Positions 17,567 to 27,815 of a stretch of DNA of 58,023 nucleotides are shown here, one piece after another. Under the pieces are notes generated by a model. The model had not been told where the DNA came from and ran no database searches. It saw only the letters and a list, made by a program, of their open reading frames with translations. Made by a program: the position numbers and the translations under genes. Numbering within the stretch: position 1 is the first letter of the stretch; each line of letters starts with the position of its first letter. Source of the stretch: a virus (taxonomy: Duplodnaviria; Caudoviricetes); the IMG/VR virus record IMGVR_UViG_3300037478_000171, positions 1 to 58,023 of that record; one strand, written 5' to 3'.

Positions 17567-19673
17567 CGCCACCGTCGGACAACTGCGGGTCTTACTGACG
17601 GCGGACACGGCCGAGTTCCAAACGGCCATGCAGAACTCTGCCGAGCAGGCCAAGCAGTGGGGCGATGGCATGGGTGAGTTGGGCGGCAAGATCACCGCCA
17701 CGCTCGCGCCGCTCGGTGGGCTGACAGGGGCGCTGACGACGCTGGGCACGGTTGGTGCTGGGGCGTTACTGGCGCTGGCCGGTGCGAGCGTGAAGTATGC
17801 CCTTGAACTCAAGGACGTTCAGGAACGCACGGGCGCAACTATTGAAGGACTGCAGGATCTGCGGTATGCCTCCGAGGCGACCGGAACGTCGTTCACGAGC
17901 GTCATGCGGGCGGTCGAGTCGTTGCAGGACCGGCTGGGCAAGGGCACCAAGGGACTCGTTGGGGCCATTGCCGAGTTGGGCCTGAACTTCGACGAACTCC
18001 GCAAGATGCCGATTGACCAGGCGCTGTTTACGATTCAAAAGGCGTTGCTCGAAGTGGGCAATGAGACGGATCGCGTTCGCCTGCAGACGCTGCTCTTTGG
18101 TGAGGAGTGGCGGGACGCGGCGAAGGTTATCCAGTCCGATACCCAGCAGATCGCCGAAGACACGATCCGGATGTCGCAGCTTCAGGTGGACGCGATTGAC
18201 CGGGCCGTCACGTCGGTTGTTGGGCTCATCAAGAGTTCGTACGGGCAACTCAAGACCTTTATCGGATCAGCCCTTGCGGATGCGGTGATCGGCGTCGAGC
18301 GAGTTGTCGCGCTGACGCGGCTCAACTGGGCCGTGGCGAACAAGGACGCCGAGAAAGCGATCCAGGTCGTTCTTGATGCCATGAAGCGCGACGGAGTGCT
18401 GGTCGGTGAAGCCGTCCAGGCCAATCTCGTCGAGCCGATGCAGAGCTATACGGCGCTGCTGAAGCAGGCGAAAACTGATGTCGCGAACCTCACCGCCGAA
18501 CAGCGCAACCAGATCCGCGCTGCGCTTGACCTCGGCACGTCCATCAAAGACATCGCAGCGACGACCGGGCTGTCTGAAGAAGCCGTCAAGCTCTACCGGA
18601 CACAAGTCAAGGATGCCGAGAAGGACCATGCGCGCATGGCCACGTCGGTGCAGCGCGACCTCAAGCAGATTCAAGCCGAGCAACAGCGGTGGAATCGCAT
18701 CCTCGAGGAGTTTACCGACGAAGACCTCGTAGACTTCACGGCTGCTTATAAGGCCGAAAACGCGAAGTGGCTGGAGAGCATCCGCCAGACGGAGCAAGGC
18801 ACCAAGCTGGCGCTTGAAGGGATGGGCATTGAGGTTACGAAGCTCGGAGGGGCGTGGGAGAACGGCACGTTGGACATCGAAGCCTACAAGGCCGGGATGT
18901 CTCGTGAGCTTGGGATCGCTGGCGAGAAGGTCATCGGCTTCAAAGAGACCATGAAGGGAGCGTTTACCGACATCAAGGGCATTGTGTCCGGCACGCTCAG
19001 TGCGATGGTTGATGACGTCTTCGACAAGTTTGGGATTCTGGGAGACATTCTCAGCGGCTTCATCAACAACGCGATCAAGTGGCTGTCCGATTGGGCGTTT
19101 GGCCTGCTCAATCTTGGGAAGACAGCGACCACGTCGGCCGCGCAGGTTGTGGCCGCCAATCAAGCGGCAGCGGCTGCGACTCAGGCTGCGGCAGCGTCAG
19201 CAGCGGCGAGCATAGCCTCATGGCTGTCACTCGGGAGCGTCATTGCCGGGACGTACCTGCTCATTACAAAGCTGTTTGAAACATTCCTGCCGACCACGCC
19301 CGTCACCTTGCCTAGAACGCCAGACCCGATTCGTGACGACCCGGCGAAGAAAGCGCCCGAGCCTGGCGATGATATTTGGGGCCGTGATCCTGGCTTTGCG
19401 CTTGGCGCGGTCGTGACACGGCCCACCCGTGCGGTGATTGGCGAAGCAGGCCCAGAGGCGGTGATTCCGCTCAATGAGTTGCCGGGACTTATGCGGCAAA
19501 TGGGCAGCGGGAGCAGCGCACCTAACATCACGATTCAGGCGTTCGATGCGCTGTCGATCCGCGAGTGGCTGGTCCGCACCGGCGGACATGAACTCCTGCG
19601 CTACTTCGAGACTAACGACGGCGGCGGATCTCCAGTGAGTCCGCTCACTCGCTTTAAGGCGTTGGCGACATGA
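17556..19673 (+). CDS. Tape measure protein
   Basis: LRVLLTADTAEF N-terminus, Ala/Leu-rich helical body, C-terminal FALG.VVTRPT...IGEAGPEAVIPL. Confidence 0.88.
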   Translation: MANSATVGQLRVLLTADTAEFQTAMQNSAEQAKQWGDGMGELGGKITATLAPLGGLTGALTTLGTVGAGALLALAGASVKYALELKDVQERTGATIEGLQDLRYASEATGTSFTSVMRAVESLQDRLGKGTKGLVGAIAELGLNFDELRKMPIDQALFTIQKALLEVGNETDRVRLQTLLFGEEWRDAAKVIQSDTQQIAEDTIRMSQLQVDAIDRAVTSVVGLIKSSYGQLKTFIGSALADAVIGVERVVALTRLNWAVANKDAEKAIQVVLDAMKRDGVLVGEAVQANLVEPMQSYTALLKQAKTDVANLTAEQRNQIRAALDLGTSIKDIAATTGLSEEAVKLYRTQVKDAEKDHARMATSVQRDLKQIQAEQQRWNRILEEFTDEDLVDFTAAYKAENAKWLESIRQTEQGTKLALEGMGIEVTKLGGAWENGTLDIEAYKAGMSRELGIAGEKVIGFKETMKGAFTDIKGIVSGTLSAMVDDVFDKFGILGDILSGFINNAIKWLSDWAFGLLNLGKTATTSAAQVVAANQAAAAATQAAAASAAASIASWLSLGSVIAGTYLLITKLFETFLPTTPVTLPRTPDPIRDDPAKKAPEPGDDIWGRDPGFALGAVVTRPTRAVIGEAGPEAVIPLNELPGLMRQMGSGSSAPNITIQAFDALSIREWLVRTGGHELLRYFETNDGGGSPVSPLTRFKALAT

Positions 19674-20512
19674 GCGGCTTTCGCTACTCGCACCCTCGGG
19701 ATCAACTGTTACGGACCGCGACATCGGTCACCGTGTCGCTGGCGAATGCGCTCACCGATTACGGCGCCGAGAACCTGTCGATTGGCGACCCGTCGCATCC
19801 GTTCAAGGCGGACGCTGGCACCGTGCGCGTGGTGTGGGAATGGGCCAGCCCAGAGTTCCCCAAGCTCATCGTGCTGCTCAATAGCAATCTCGACGTGGCC
19901 GCGCGCTGGCAAGGTCATACCTCATCTGACTTCGACGGTAGCCCTGGACCGGACATCGATGTGGCCTTCGGCGTGCCGATCTACAACGCCCAGACAGGAT
20001 TTTTTACATCGCCCTGGCTGGACATGTCGGCGTACGAGGCGAAACCGTTCTGGAGCCTGCTCGTGACCGCGAACGCGCTCGATGTGATCGTCGGGGAACT
20101 CTGGGCCGGCTCGGATATTCGCGACGTGGCGCACCACCTGCTGCTCGACGGCGCGTCTTTGAATCTGGACAGCAATACGGTGATTCATCAGACGGGCTAC
20201 GGCGTTGATCTGTCCTACGAACAAACGACCGAGCGCGAATCGATGGCAGGCCAGCTCTACCTGGAAACGCCGGCCGAACATGCCGCGGTGCGTGCGTGGG
20301 TGCAGGCGGCCCGCCGCAATGCTCGGCCCTGCGTCGTGGTCCCGGATGTCGATGTCGATGACGCCTGGCACGTCAAGCTCACCGAAGCGGTTTTTACGGT
20401 CAGGCCAACCGTTCCGGGGGCTTCGGCGCAAGCCCCGGAACAGGCTGAAGTCGCGCTCGGCTGGCGCATGACGTCGCGGGGGATGCCATGGGTGGACCCC
20501 GATGCAGATTAG
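19670..20512 (+). CDS. Distal tail-like protein
   Basis: Directly after the tape measure gene and coupled to it; beta-rich. Confidence 0.55.
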   Translation: MSGFRYSHPRDQLLRTATSVTVSLANALTDYGAENLSIGDPSHPFKADAGTVRVVWEWASPEFPKLIVLLNSNLDVAARWQGHTSSDFDGSPGPDIDVAFGVPIYNAQTGFFTSPWLDMSAYEAKPFWSLLVTANALDVIVGELWAGSDIRDVAHHLLLDGASLNLDSNTVIHQTGYGVDLSYEQTTERESMAGQLYLETPAEHAAVRAWVQAARRNARPCVVVPDVDVDDAWHVKLTEAVFTVRPTVPGASAQAPEQAEVALGWRMTSRGMPWVDPDAD

Positions 20513-23500
20513 CCATGCTGGACGCCAGATACTTTTCCTGGTGGTGCTGCTGATGGCCTCCTTGCAGCACAGCATCGCGGGCCAGCAGGTCTACCCGTCC
20601 GCAGGAGCCGGGCAGAGCCTGACCCCCAATGGCTCGGCGTCCACGTTCTCGGCGTGGCAACAGGTCATCGCCGCAACGCCGGAAGCGTGGCTGCTCTCAG
20701 GTATCAGTTGGGGCCTGCCGGCGCTCGCGAATGAGTGGTGGATTCTCGAGGTCGGGGTGTGGGACGGCGCGGCCTACGATCCGATTGCGGCCATCGGCGG
20801 CAAAAAGGGCAGCGACAGCGTCAATCTGGGCGGCGGCATGGTGTCGCTGCCGATCCCGATTGATCTGATGCCAACCGGCAGCGACGTCGCGATTCGGATC
20901 AAGAAAAGCGGCACGGACGTCGATCCGTGGGCTGTCAAGCTGCACTACTTCAAGAAGGCCGACGATCCGACGGTCATCGCCACGACGGCAAAGCTTTTCT
21001 GCACCGAGCCGGTGAGCATGACCGGGGATGCGACGCCGTGGGCAGATTCAGGCTGGGCGGAAGCCGTGGCATCAGCCGGCGGGGCGCTCACCGTCGCGGC
21101 GCTCGTGCCCTGTGAAGGCACGGCGAGCGGCGATCGATGGGTTGAAGTCGACGTCGGCACCGGGGCAGCCGCCAGCGAAGCCGTCCGGCACACGCAGGCG
21201 CTCTACAACTACAACCAGTTCTTTGGCGACACGCACACGCCGATGCTGACGTGGCCCGTGAACACGGGCATCGCGTCAGGGTCTCGTGTCGCGCTCAGGC
21301 ACCGCAAGGAAGGCACTTCGACCGGCACCGTGCTGGTCATGTTGATGTATTACCTCGACGTCGAGAGCGCCGTCCTGAGCGATCTCGCGACGACCGTGAC
21401 TGGGCAGGTCGTCCCCGTCGAAACGCCAGTCACCATCGATACGCAACCGTTTAGCACTAGCACGCTCGTGTGGACTGAGTTGTTCAGTTCGACGCCTGCG
21501 GTCCTCCACATCACGTCGGCTGTCCTCCAGAACGCGGCCACAGCACAGCTCGTGTTCGGGACCGGCACGGCTGGCAGTGAAGTCGAGATCGGGCGAATGT
21601 TCGGCACGTCCGGCACCGAGAACCACGCGGAACGCGCGCTGGTGCTGCGCGTGCCGGCTGGTGTCCGGCTGGCAGTCGGGGCATTCAGTTTGAATGCTGC
21701 GCAGGACATTCTCGCGAAGTTCAACTACCTCGCAGGCGCGAGTCCAACCCAAGCGGCAGATGCGGATCTCGCGTATGTGCCGACGCCGGCCGTCGCGTGG
21801 GATGCGATTGATCTCACGCCATCGAGCACGCCGTGGGCTGATTCAGCATCGGTGCAGGCGGTTGACGGCTCATTGGAAGCTGAGCCGTGGTCAGTAACAG
21901 CTATTGGGCATGCGTCGCCTGTTATTGCAGAGTTCGAGATCGACCTGGTCGCAGGCGCGAACGTCTTCACCGTGGCCGGAGGCTCGGAAGCGAACACGAC
22001 GACCGACCATTTTCTCAAGCTGGCCGCACCGTTCCGTGTCCCGGCCGGGACCGATCTTGATGTGCGTATGCGGAAGGCTGGCACTGACACGTCCGTGTGG
22101 TCGGTGCGGATCGAGCGATATGACGGCGAGTTAGCGGTCGTCGATGAGGCGTTTGAAGTCGAAGCCGCGCTTCGTGGTGAAGATGTGGCGCTGGCCTGGG
22201 TCGAGTTCGAGGGCCAGGACGACGACGGGAATGACGAGACGTTCGTCTGGTCCGGCATTGCCTTGGCCGACCCGGACACTTACTACGGAGGCTTCAAGGA
22301 CGCCAAGCTTATTCTCGTCAGCGATCTGGTCTCTGCGTTTTCAGATCGCCCCGGTCGCTTACAGGCGACGAAGGCGAGCTTTGAACTCTCGGATCTGCCA
22401 GACGCGGACGGCAACCGGTCCATCGCGGCCTTCTTCGACCGCTCGACTGGCTACGTGGTGCGAAACACCCCCATCACGATCCGGCTCATCAGCGACCGCG
22501 GCCGGCGGGCCTTGCGGACACCTGTGACCATCTTCAGGGGCATGGTAGATGAAGCCGCCAGCGTCGATGAATACCGGATCCGGTTCGAGTGCGTGAGTTG
22601 GCTTGAGCGGCGCCTGGACCAGCCGATTGTGGAGCGCCGCATTGGCGAGGACTTCCCGGAAGCGGACGAGGATGCCCGTCAGTTGCCCGTTCCGCTGTGT
22701 TTGGGGCGACTGTCCGATGAAGCCTCGACCACGGCCGGGCCGGTCGTGACCGATGACGAAGCGGGCCGCGGGGTGTTCGCGATTCTCAGTGATGTCATCG
22801 GGTATGGCGACCTCGGCGGCGACCCTCCGACAAGCCTTGTGCCGGTGGAGGATGTGGGCAACGGAGAGATCGTCGCCGGACGCTACTACTTCATGGCGTG
22901 GTCGATTGATGCCGCTGGCGCTGAAAGCGACCCGGAGCCGTTCGTCCCGAACGCGAACGTGCTGGACGTGAGCGCTGACGCGGCGATTGATGTCACGTTC
23001 GCGAAGGGTGCCTCAGCCGTGACCACGCGCGTGGCGATTGGCCAGCGGGGGCCAGGCACGCCGCTCGTCTACTGGCACCACATCATGGAAACGGCCGGGA
23101 CATCAGTCCGGTTCACGCGCCTGATCGAGCCGCCCACGGGCTACCTGAACCCGCACGATGTAACCCCTGGCTCGTTCTGGCCCTATGGCATCGGCTACCG
23201 CAGGTTGCAGGTGGTGGCTGTCGTCGATGGCGAGGAAACGCTGCCGTCGATTGTCGTCGTCGCCTTCATTGACCCCTATCACCGGCCGATGCGGTTCGCG
23301 TGGGAGGCGGTCATCGATGCGACGGAGTACCGCGTCTATCTGGCCTCGAGCAACTACCGGCCGAATCCGCCGGCCTTCCACTTCGACCGCCGGATCTCGG
23401 TCCCGATCACGCAGACGAACAGCAACGGCGATCCGTATGTCAGCGCGCTGTTCACCGATCCGGCGTGGGAGGTGGTCGATGGGCTGGAGAACGTGGCGCG

Positions 23501-25145
23501 CGGTGTTGTGCCGCTCCGGTTTGTCGGCTATTTCACCGACCTGACCGGCCGTAGCGTCGGCGGATTTATCGTCGCCGGACACACGCTGGCCACGAGCGGC
23601 ATCATCAACCTGTACCAGGATCAAGTTGTCATTACGGACGACCACTACACGGCCGGCGACTACATGGCGCCGGGCAAGCCCAGCTTTTCGACGTACTTTA
23701 CTAACACGTATCAAACGATCAACGGCCATCGGTACGTGCTCGTTTATATCGCGGCAACTGGCGTGAATAACCCTAATCTCGACGACGCGATCACCGGATC
23801 GCGGCCGCTCTACGCCAACTGCTACGGCGCGGATGACGTAGGCGATGGCACCGGCGCTGAAATCACGTCCAAGTATCAGCTCCTCAAGCTGCTGTTGCGT
23901 AATCTCCTCGCGCCATCTGTGCCGGTGCTCGGCACGAACTGGCTGACCGCCTCACCGACGTTTGCGGATGGCGTGGCGATGATCGACGAGGTAAGCCTGG
24001 ATGACGCTGAAGCTGAAGCCGGCAACCTGATCACAAACGGGCCGGCTGGCGGGCGCTATCTCGCGGTCGATCTGACGTGGGCGCAACTGTTCCCCGATTG
24101 GTGCCCCTCGGCCAAGGCGCACATCGGCGTGACGCTGCAGGGTCAGGTGCGCGCGGGCGTCATCAACCCGGATGCCGCGGCTGTTGTGACGGTTACCGAA
24201 CAGCGCGAGATTATCAAGGGCTCGTTCGGGTGGCGCGACAGGGCTCAAGCCTTCGGCAATGCTGTGGCCTATCAGGCCGTGCCCGTCTACAGCCTGTCTG
24301 GCATCAGCGCGTATGCCGACGCGGACGAACTGGAACACACCGCTTCGCAGACCCGGCATCGTGGCGAGCGGAACCTGCAACCGGCCCTGACGTTGACGTG
24401 GATCCGAGAACCAGGCACGGCTCGACAAATCGCCTCGGCGTTTCTCGAGGAAGGTGCCTACCTGCCGCGTGAAGTCCGGCAGAGTTCGGTGCTGCACTGG
24501 GTCCATCGCCGGCTCGGCGATGTGATTGGCGTCGTGCATCGTGAAGGGGCGGCCAGAACTGGGTGGACGAGCGAGAGTCCGCGCAAACATGCCGTGCTGG
24601 GGATGCGGATTTCGATTCCGTCGAATCGGGTCGAGTACGTGTGTCTCGATTTGCGCCGGCGCCTGGGCGACTTGTCGGACTTTGAACTGGAGTTGCTGAT
24701 GTCTGTGATTCCGCTGGGCGGATCGATGCTGGACAGTTGCCTGGAGGATCCTGACACGGGGTCGCCCGTGATCATCACGCCTCCGGATTGGCTTCCAGGC
24801 GTCGTGAATTGGGACGAGATCCCGAGCGGCGGAGGCGCTGGAAGCGCATACGAACTTGTGTTCGACGTCAACGTCAAAATCCAGCCCGGATCGCCCGTGG
24901 GTAGTCCGCCGCCAACCGTGCAGCCGGGCCTATTTCTGATCAACCAGAGCCAGATCGACACGCCAGTCGCGGCCGGAACCGCCACGAGTTCAGCGGTGCG
25001 CGAACGGCAACAGATCGTGGTGGATCGTCCTGTGGGCGGCGGCGTCAAGTCCTACTGGATGTTACCGATTCTGGATAACGGTGCCGTGGCGACAGATGCT
25101 TACGTGTACGGCGTGCTCCGAAAGAGGAAGGTCGGAGCGGAGTAA
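20502..25145 (+). CDS. Large multidomain tail tip protein (about four N-terminal beta-sandwich repeats plus hub-like region)
   Basis: 1547-aa ORF after Dit; repeats of W.E/D...G..G.E...P.G..VA.R; start may be ATG 20553. Confidence 0.7.
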   Translation: MQISHAGRQILFLVVLLMASLQHSIAGQQVYPSAGAGQSLTPNGSASTFSAWQQVIAATPEAWLLSGISWGLPALANEWWILEVGVWDGAAYDPIAAIGGKKGSDSVNLGGGMVSLPIPIDLMPTGSDVAIRIKKSGTDVDPWAVKLHYFKKADDPTVIATTAKLFCTEPVSMTGDATPWADSGWAEAVASAGGALTVAALVPCEGTASGDRWVEVDVGTGAAASEAVRHTQALYNYNQFFGDTHTPMLTWPVNTGIASGSRVALRHRKEGTSTGTVLVMLMYYLDVESAVLSDLATTVTGQVVPVETPVTIDTQPFSTSTLVWTELFSSTPAVLHITSAVLQNAATAQLVFGTGTAGSEVEIGRMFGTSGTENHAERALVLRVPAGVRLAVGAFSLNAAQDILAKFNYLAGASPTQAADADLAYVPTPAVAWDAIDLTPSSTPWADSASVQAVDGSLEAEPWSVTAIGHASPVIAEFEIDLVAGANVFTVAGGSEANTTTDHFLKLAAPFRVPAGTDLDVRMRKAGTDTSVWSVRIERYDGELAVVDEAFEVEAALRGEDVALAWVEFEGQDDDGNDETFVWSGIALADPDTYYGGFKDAKLILVSDLVSAFSDRPGRLQATKASFELSDLPDADGNRSIAAFFDRSTGYVVRNTPITIRLISDRGRRALRTPVTIFRGMVDEAASVDEYRIRFECVSWLERRLDQPIVERRIGEDFPEADEDARQLPVPLCLGRLSDEASTTAGPVVTDDEAGRGVFAILSDVIGYGDLGGDPPTSLVPVEDVGNGEIVAGRYYFMAWSIDAAGAESDPEPFVPNANVLDVSADAAIDVTFAKGASAVTTRVAIGQRGPGTPLVYWHHIMETAGTSVRFTRLIEPPTGYLNPHDVTPGSFWPYGIGYRRLQVVAVVDGEETLPSIVVVAFIDPYHRPMRFAWEAVIDATEYRVYLASSNYRPNPPAFHFDRRISVPITQTNSNGDPYVSALFTDPAWEVVDGLENVARGVVPLRFVGYFTDLTGRSVGGFIVAGHTLATSGIINLYQDQVVITDDHYTAGDYMAPGKPSFSTYFTNTYQTINGHRYVLVYIAATGVNNPNLDDAITGSRPLYANCYGADDVGDGTGAEITSKYQLLKLLLRNLLAPSVPVLGTNWLTASPTFADGVAMIDEVSLDDAEAEAGNLITNGPAGGRYLAVDLTWAQLFPDWCPSAKAHIGVTLQGQVRAGVINPDAAAVVTVTEQREIIKGSFGWRDRAQAFGNAVAYQAVPVYSLSGISAYADADELEHTASQTRHRGERNLQPALTLTWIREPGTARQIASAFLEEGAYLPREVRQSSVLHWVHRRLGDVIGVVHREGAARTGWTSESPRKHAVLGMRISIPSNRVEYVCLDLRRRLGDLSDFELELLMSVIPLGGSMLDSCLEDPDTGSPVIITPPDWLPGVVNWDEIPSGGGAGSAYELVFDVNVKIQPGSPVGSPPPTVQPGLFLINQSQIDTPVAAGTATSSAVRERQQIVVDRPVGGGVKSYWMLPILDNGAVATDAYVYGVLRKRKVGAE

Positions 25146-25148
25146 GTG

Positions 25149-25346
25149 ATGGACCAGATCCTGACCCTCGCGGCGAATCAATGGCCGATGGCCACGCTGG
25201 TGGCCCTTGCCTTCATTCAGGGCTGGATCGTCGCCGGCTATCAGTGGCAATGGCTGCTCAAGCGACAGGACCGGCTTGACGACGAGATGGTGCAGTCGAT
25301 CAAGGAGCTGGCCGTCTTCGTCAAGGAGACGCGGAGGGGCAGGTGA
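25149..25346 (+). CDS. Small membrane protein (holin-like)
   Basis: Hydrophobic N-terminus, basic tail; upstream of endolysin. Confidence 0.45.
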   Translation: MDQILTLAANQWPMATLVALAFIQGWIVAGYQWQWLLKRQDRLDDEMVQSIKELAVFVKETRRGR

Positions 25347-25534
25347 TCGCCATGCCGGCGGTGGCGATCTCGGCGCATGCGAAAGACCGCCTGCTGCGGA
25401 TCTGGCGATGGCTGGTGCGCGTGCCGCGTGTGCGAGCGATGAGTCGGGCAACGGAGCGGCGCACGCAGGAAGTGGCGGCGATCCGTCGGGAGATCAAAGC
25501 GATGACCATCAGGGCCGAGAGACCGAAACGCTGA
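25343..25534 (+). CDS. Small basic hypothetical protein
   Basis: Coupled at both ends. Confidence 0.4.
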   Translation: MIAMPAVAISAHAKDRLLRIWRWLVRVPRVRAMSRATERRTQEVAAIRREIKAMTIRAERPKR

Positions 25535-25887
25535 TGACAAGACTTCAATGGTTGCGGCTGCTCGTGGATCTCTTGGGCCTCCTGGCTTTTGCGGTGGCCC
25601 TCGTGAACATTCCAGCGATGTGGACTATTGGCCAACGGATTGCCTACGCCAAGCGCACCAAACAGAACGGCGGCATGGCGAATGCACTCTGGGCTCAGAT
25701 GCACCGCGCGATTGGACGGTTCCTGATCGGCGGTGGCGTGGTCGTCCTGATCAGTTTTCGAGGAATCAATCGATTGATGATCGTTCTCTATATCGTCGTG
25801 CTGGTCACGCTCTATCTGTCGATTGCTGATTGGTGGCGCACTCGCAGAGCGTTGCAGATCGAACAGGAGACGGAGCGGCAAGACTGA
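25534..25887 (+). CDS. Three-TM membrane protein (holin candidate)
   Basis: Three hydrophobic segments; lysis-region context. Confidence 0.5.
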   Translation: MTRLQWLRLLVDLLGLLAFAVALVNIPAMWTIGQRIAYAKRTKQNGGMANALWAQMHRAIGRFLIGGGVVVLISFRGINRLMIVLYIVVLVTLYLSIADWWRTRRALQIEQETERQD

Positions 25888-25898
25888 AGGGAGTTGCT

Positions 25899-26231
25899 AT
25901 GACGTGGGCGGAGTTCGAGCGGCGGATTCGCGTGATCCATCAAGCGGCTGAGCGGGCGCCGGAACTGGTCTCGATCATGCCGGACTGGTTCCGCCGGGCG
26001 CTGGCGATTGAGCCGGACCAGATGGCCGAGGCTCGGCGCAGGTATCTCGCAGCGGCTCGCAAGCGACGGCCTGAACTGGCGATGGCGAGTGAGGAGGAGA
26101 TTATCGTCGTGCCGCTTTGGGATTGCGACGACTGCGCGAACGACGAGATGTGGTCGAGCTGGCTGATCCGGTGCGCGTGGTGTGGGCCGATTGGGCTGGG
26201 CTGTCCTGACTTCGAGTGCTTCGAGGAATGA
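25899..26231 (+). CDS. Hypothetical protein with Cys-rich C-terminus
   Basis: GGGAG RBS; CDDC, CAWC, C....C. Confidence 0.5.
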   Translation: MTWAEFERRIRVIHQAAERAPELVSIMPDWFRRALAIEPDQMAEARRRYLAAARKRRPELAMASEEEIIVVPLWDCDDCANDEMWSSWLIRCAWCGPIGLGCPDFECFEE

Positions 26232-26731
26232 CCATGACGCCAGCCGTGCAGGCGACCATCACGCGCATTCTGGCCCATGAGGGCGGCATTGCCGATGTGG
26301 GCGACGGGATGGGCGTGACGCGGTTCGGGCAGACCCCGGCGTGGCTGGAGCAGTGGGGCTTGCCGATTCCGACTGATGCCCGCGAAGCTGCGCTCAACTA
26401 CGCCGAGTGGATGGGCCGGATCGGGCTGGCGGATCTGTGCGATATCGATGGCGATCTCGGGTATCTCGTCACCGATTGGGCCGTGCATAGCGGGCACCAG
26501 ACAGCCATCCGTGAATTGCAGCGACTGGTCGGCGTGGCGACCGATGGCGTGATTGGCCCGATCACGCTGGCGGCTGTTGAACAGGCCGGCAGACGGATGT
26601 TGATTCGGCGGTTTGTCGGTGCTCGTGGCCGCCATCTCGGGTCGCTCTTGGCGAGCGAGACGGTAGACCGGCGCAAGTGGGCACGCGGCTGGCTCAACCG
26701 ACTGGCCGATCTGATTGAGGCGATTCCATGA
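26228..26731 (+). CDS. Endolysin, GH108 lysozyme with peptidoglycan-binding domain
   Basis: HEGG, G.T.FG.T, LQR..GV..DGVIGPITL, GWLNR. Confidence 0.88.
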   Translation: MTMTPAVQATITRILAHEGGIADVGDGMGVTRFGQTPAWLEQWGLPIPTDAREAALNYAEWMGRIGLADLCDIDGDLGYLVTDWAVHSGHQTAIRELQRLVGVATDGVIGPITLAAVEQAGRRMLIRRFVGARGRHLGSLLASETVDRRKWARGWLNRLADLIEAIP

Positions 26732-26979
26732 AACTCCCGATCTCGATTGCTGGCACGGATGGCAAGCTCCACCCCGGCACGCTCTTGCGTGTCGAAGGCA
26801 CGGGGGAGATCCGGGAAGTGGTCGCAGTTCAGCGGCCTGATGACTTTCCGGTTTCAGACCTGCTCAGGAGCACGGCTGGACAAGTGGCGGATCTGGCCGC
26901 GCCTATCGGCCGGGACCGGCACGAGGCGGACGCGGCGAGACGCCGGATGGCACGGCTCGGGAACCGGGGGCTGGCGTGA
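26728..26979 (+). CDS. Hypothetical protein
   Basis: Coupled at both ends. Confidence 0.45.
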   Translation: MKLPISIAGTDGKLHPGTLLRVEGTGEIREVVAVQRPDDFPVSDLLRSTAGQVADLAAPIGRDRHEADAARRRMARLGNRGLA

Positions 26980-27815
26980 TTCGGGGTATCAACGCGGGGT
27001 TCGGGGGCCAGATTGCCCATGAGTTGCCGGAACTCCAGCGTAGGGGTGTGCGCGCGATTCGGCAGGGGTTGATGCCGCCGCCGTCTGGTGATCTCCGGCC
27101 GGGTGAAGTCGGGCTGCGCTCATCAGCCCATGCCGCGTTGCTCCAGACCGAACTCGCGGATCAGCCGTTCTGGACGGTCTGGATCGCCAACCGGGAAACG
27201 CTGCCTGATGCCATGGCCGGCTCGGACGTGTGTCTCCTAAACGAACCCAAGCTGCACGGCTGGACGGCTGACGCCTATGCCGACTACGTGAACAGCCTGT
27301 GGGACGAAGCGGTCTCGCGCGACCTGACCGTCTGGGCAGCGAGCATCCCGAACCTGACGCTCGACGACCTGCACTGGCTTGGGCGCGTGCTGAAACTGGC
27401 TCCGCAGATTAAGTGTGTCGAAGTCCACTGGTATCCCGGCGACCGCGATCAGGAGCCGGGGCGCCCGAAAGCCGGGCACCACAGCATCAAACAGCAGTTC
27501 GGGCGACTGCTCGGCGTGCTTGACGGCCGGCGCTGGATCTGCGGTGAAGTCGGGATTCACACGGCGCGGCTCACGAAAGGCTCGTGGTTCTGGACGCGGC
27601 GCGTGAATCCACTGACCGACGCTGACCAGCGCGACCGCATCATCTGGCAGCTTGAAACACTGGAACGCTACGGCTGCGAGGCGGCATTCGTCTACCAGCT
27701 CAACGACGATCCGAATCCGAAGTGGCGCGATCACCCGGAAGGTAATCGCGGCATCCGGCGGATTGACGGGACATGGAAGCTGGCGGGTGATTCAGAGCAT
27801 GGCGTTTTTGCATGA
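26976..27815 (+). CDS. Glycoside hydrolase-like TIM barrel (clan GH-A-like)
   Basis: NEP acid/base-like motif, HWY, CGEVG nucleophile-like, YQL.D, GI...DGTWK. Confidence 0.6.
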   Translation: MIRGINAGFGGQIAHELPELQRRGVRAIRQGLMPPPSGDLRPGEVGLRSSAHAALLQTELADQPFWTVWIANRETLPDAMAGSDVCLLNEPKLHGWTADAYADYVNSLWDEAVSRDLTVWAASIPNLTLDDLHWLGRVLKLAPQIKCVEVHWYPGDRDQEPGRPKAGHHSIKQQFGRLLGVLDGRRWICGEVGIHTARLTKGSWFWTRRVNPLTDADQRDRIIWQLETLERYGCEAAFVYQLNDDPNPKWRDHPEGNRGIRRIDGTWKLAGDSEHGVFA

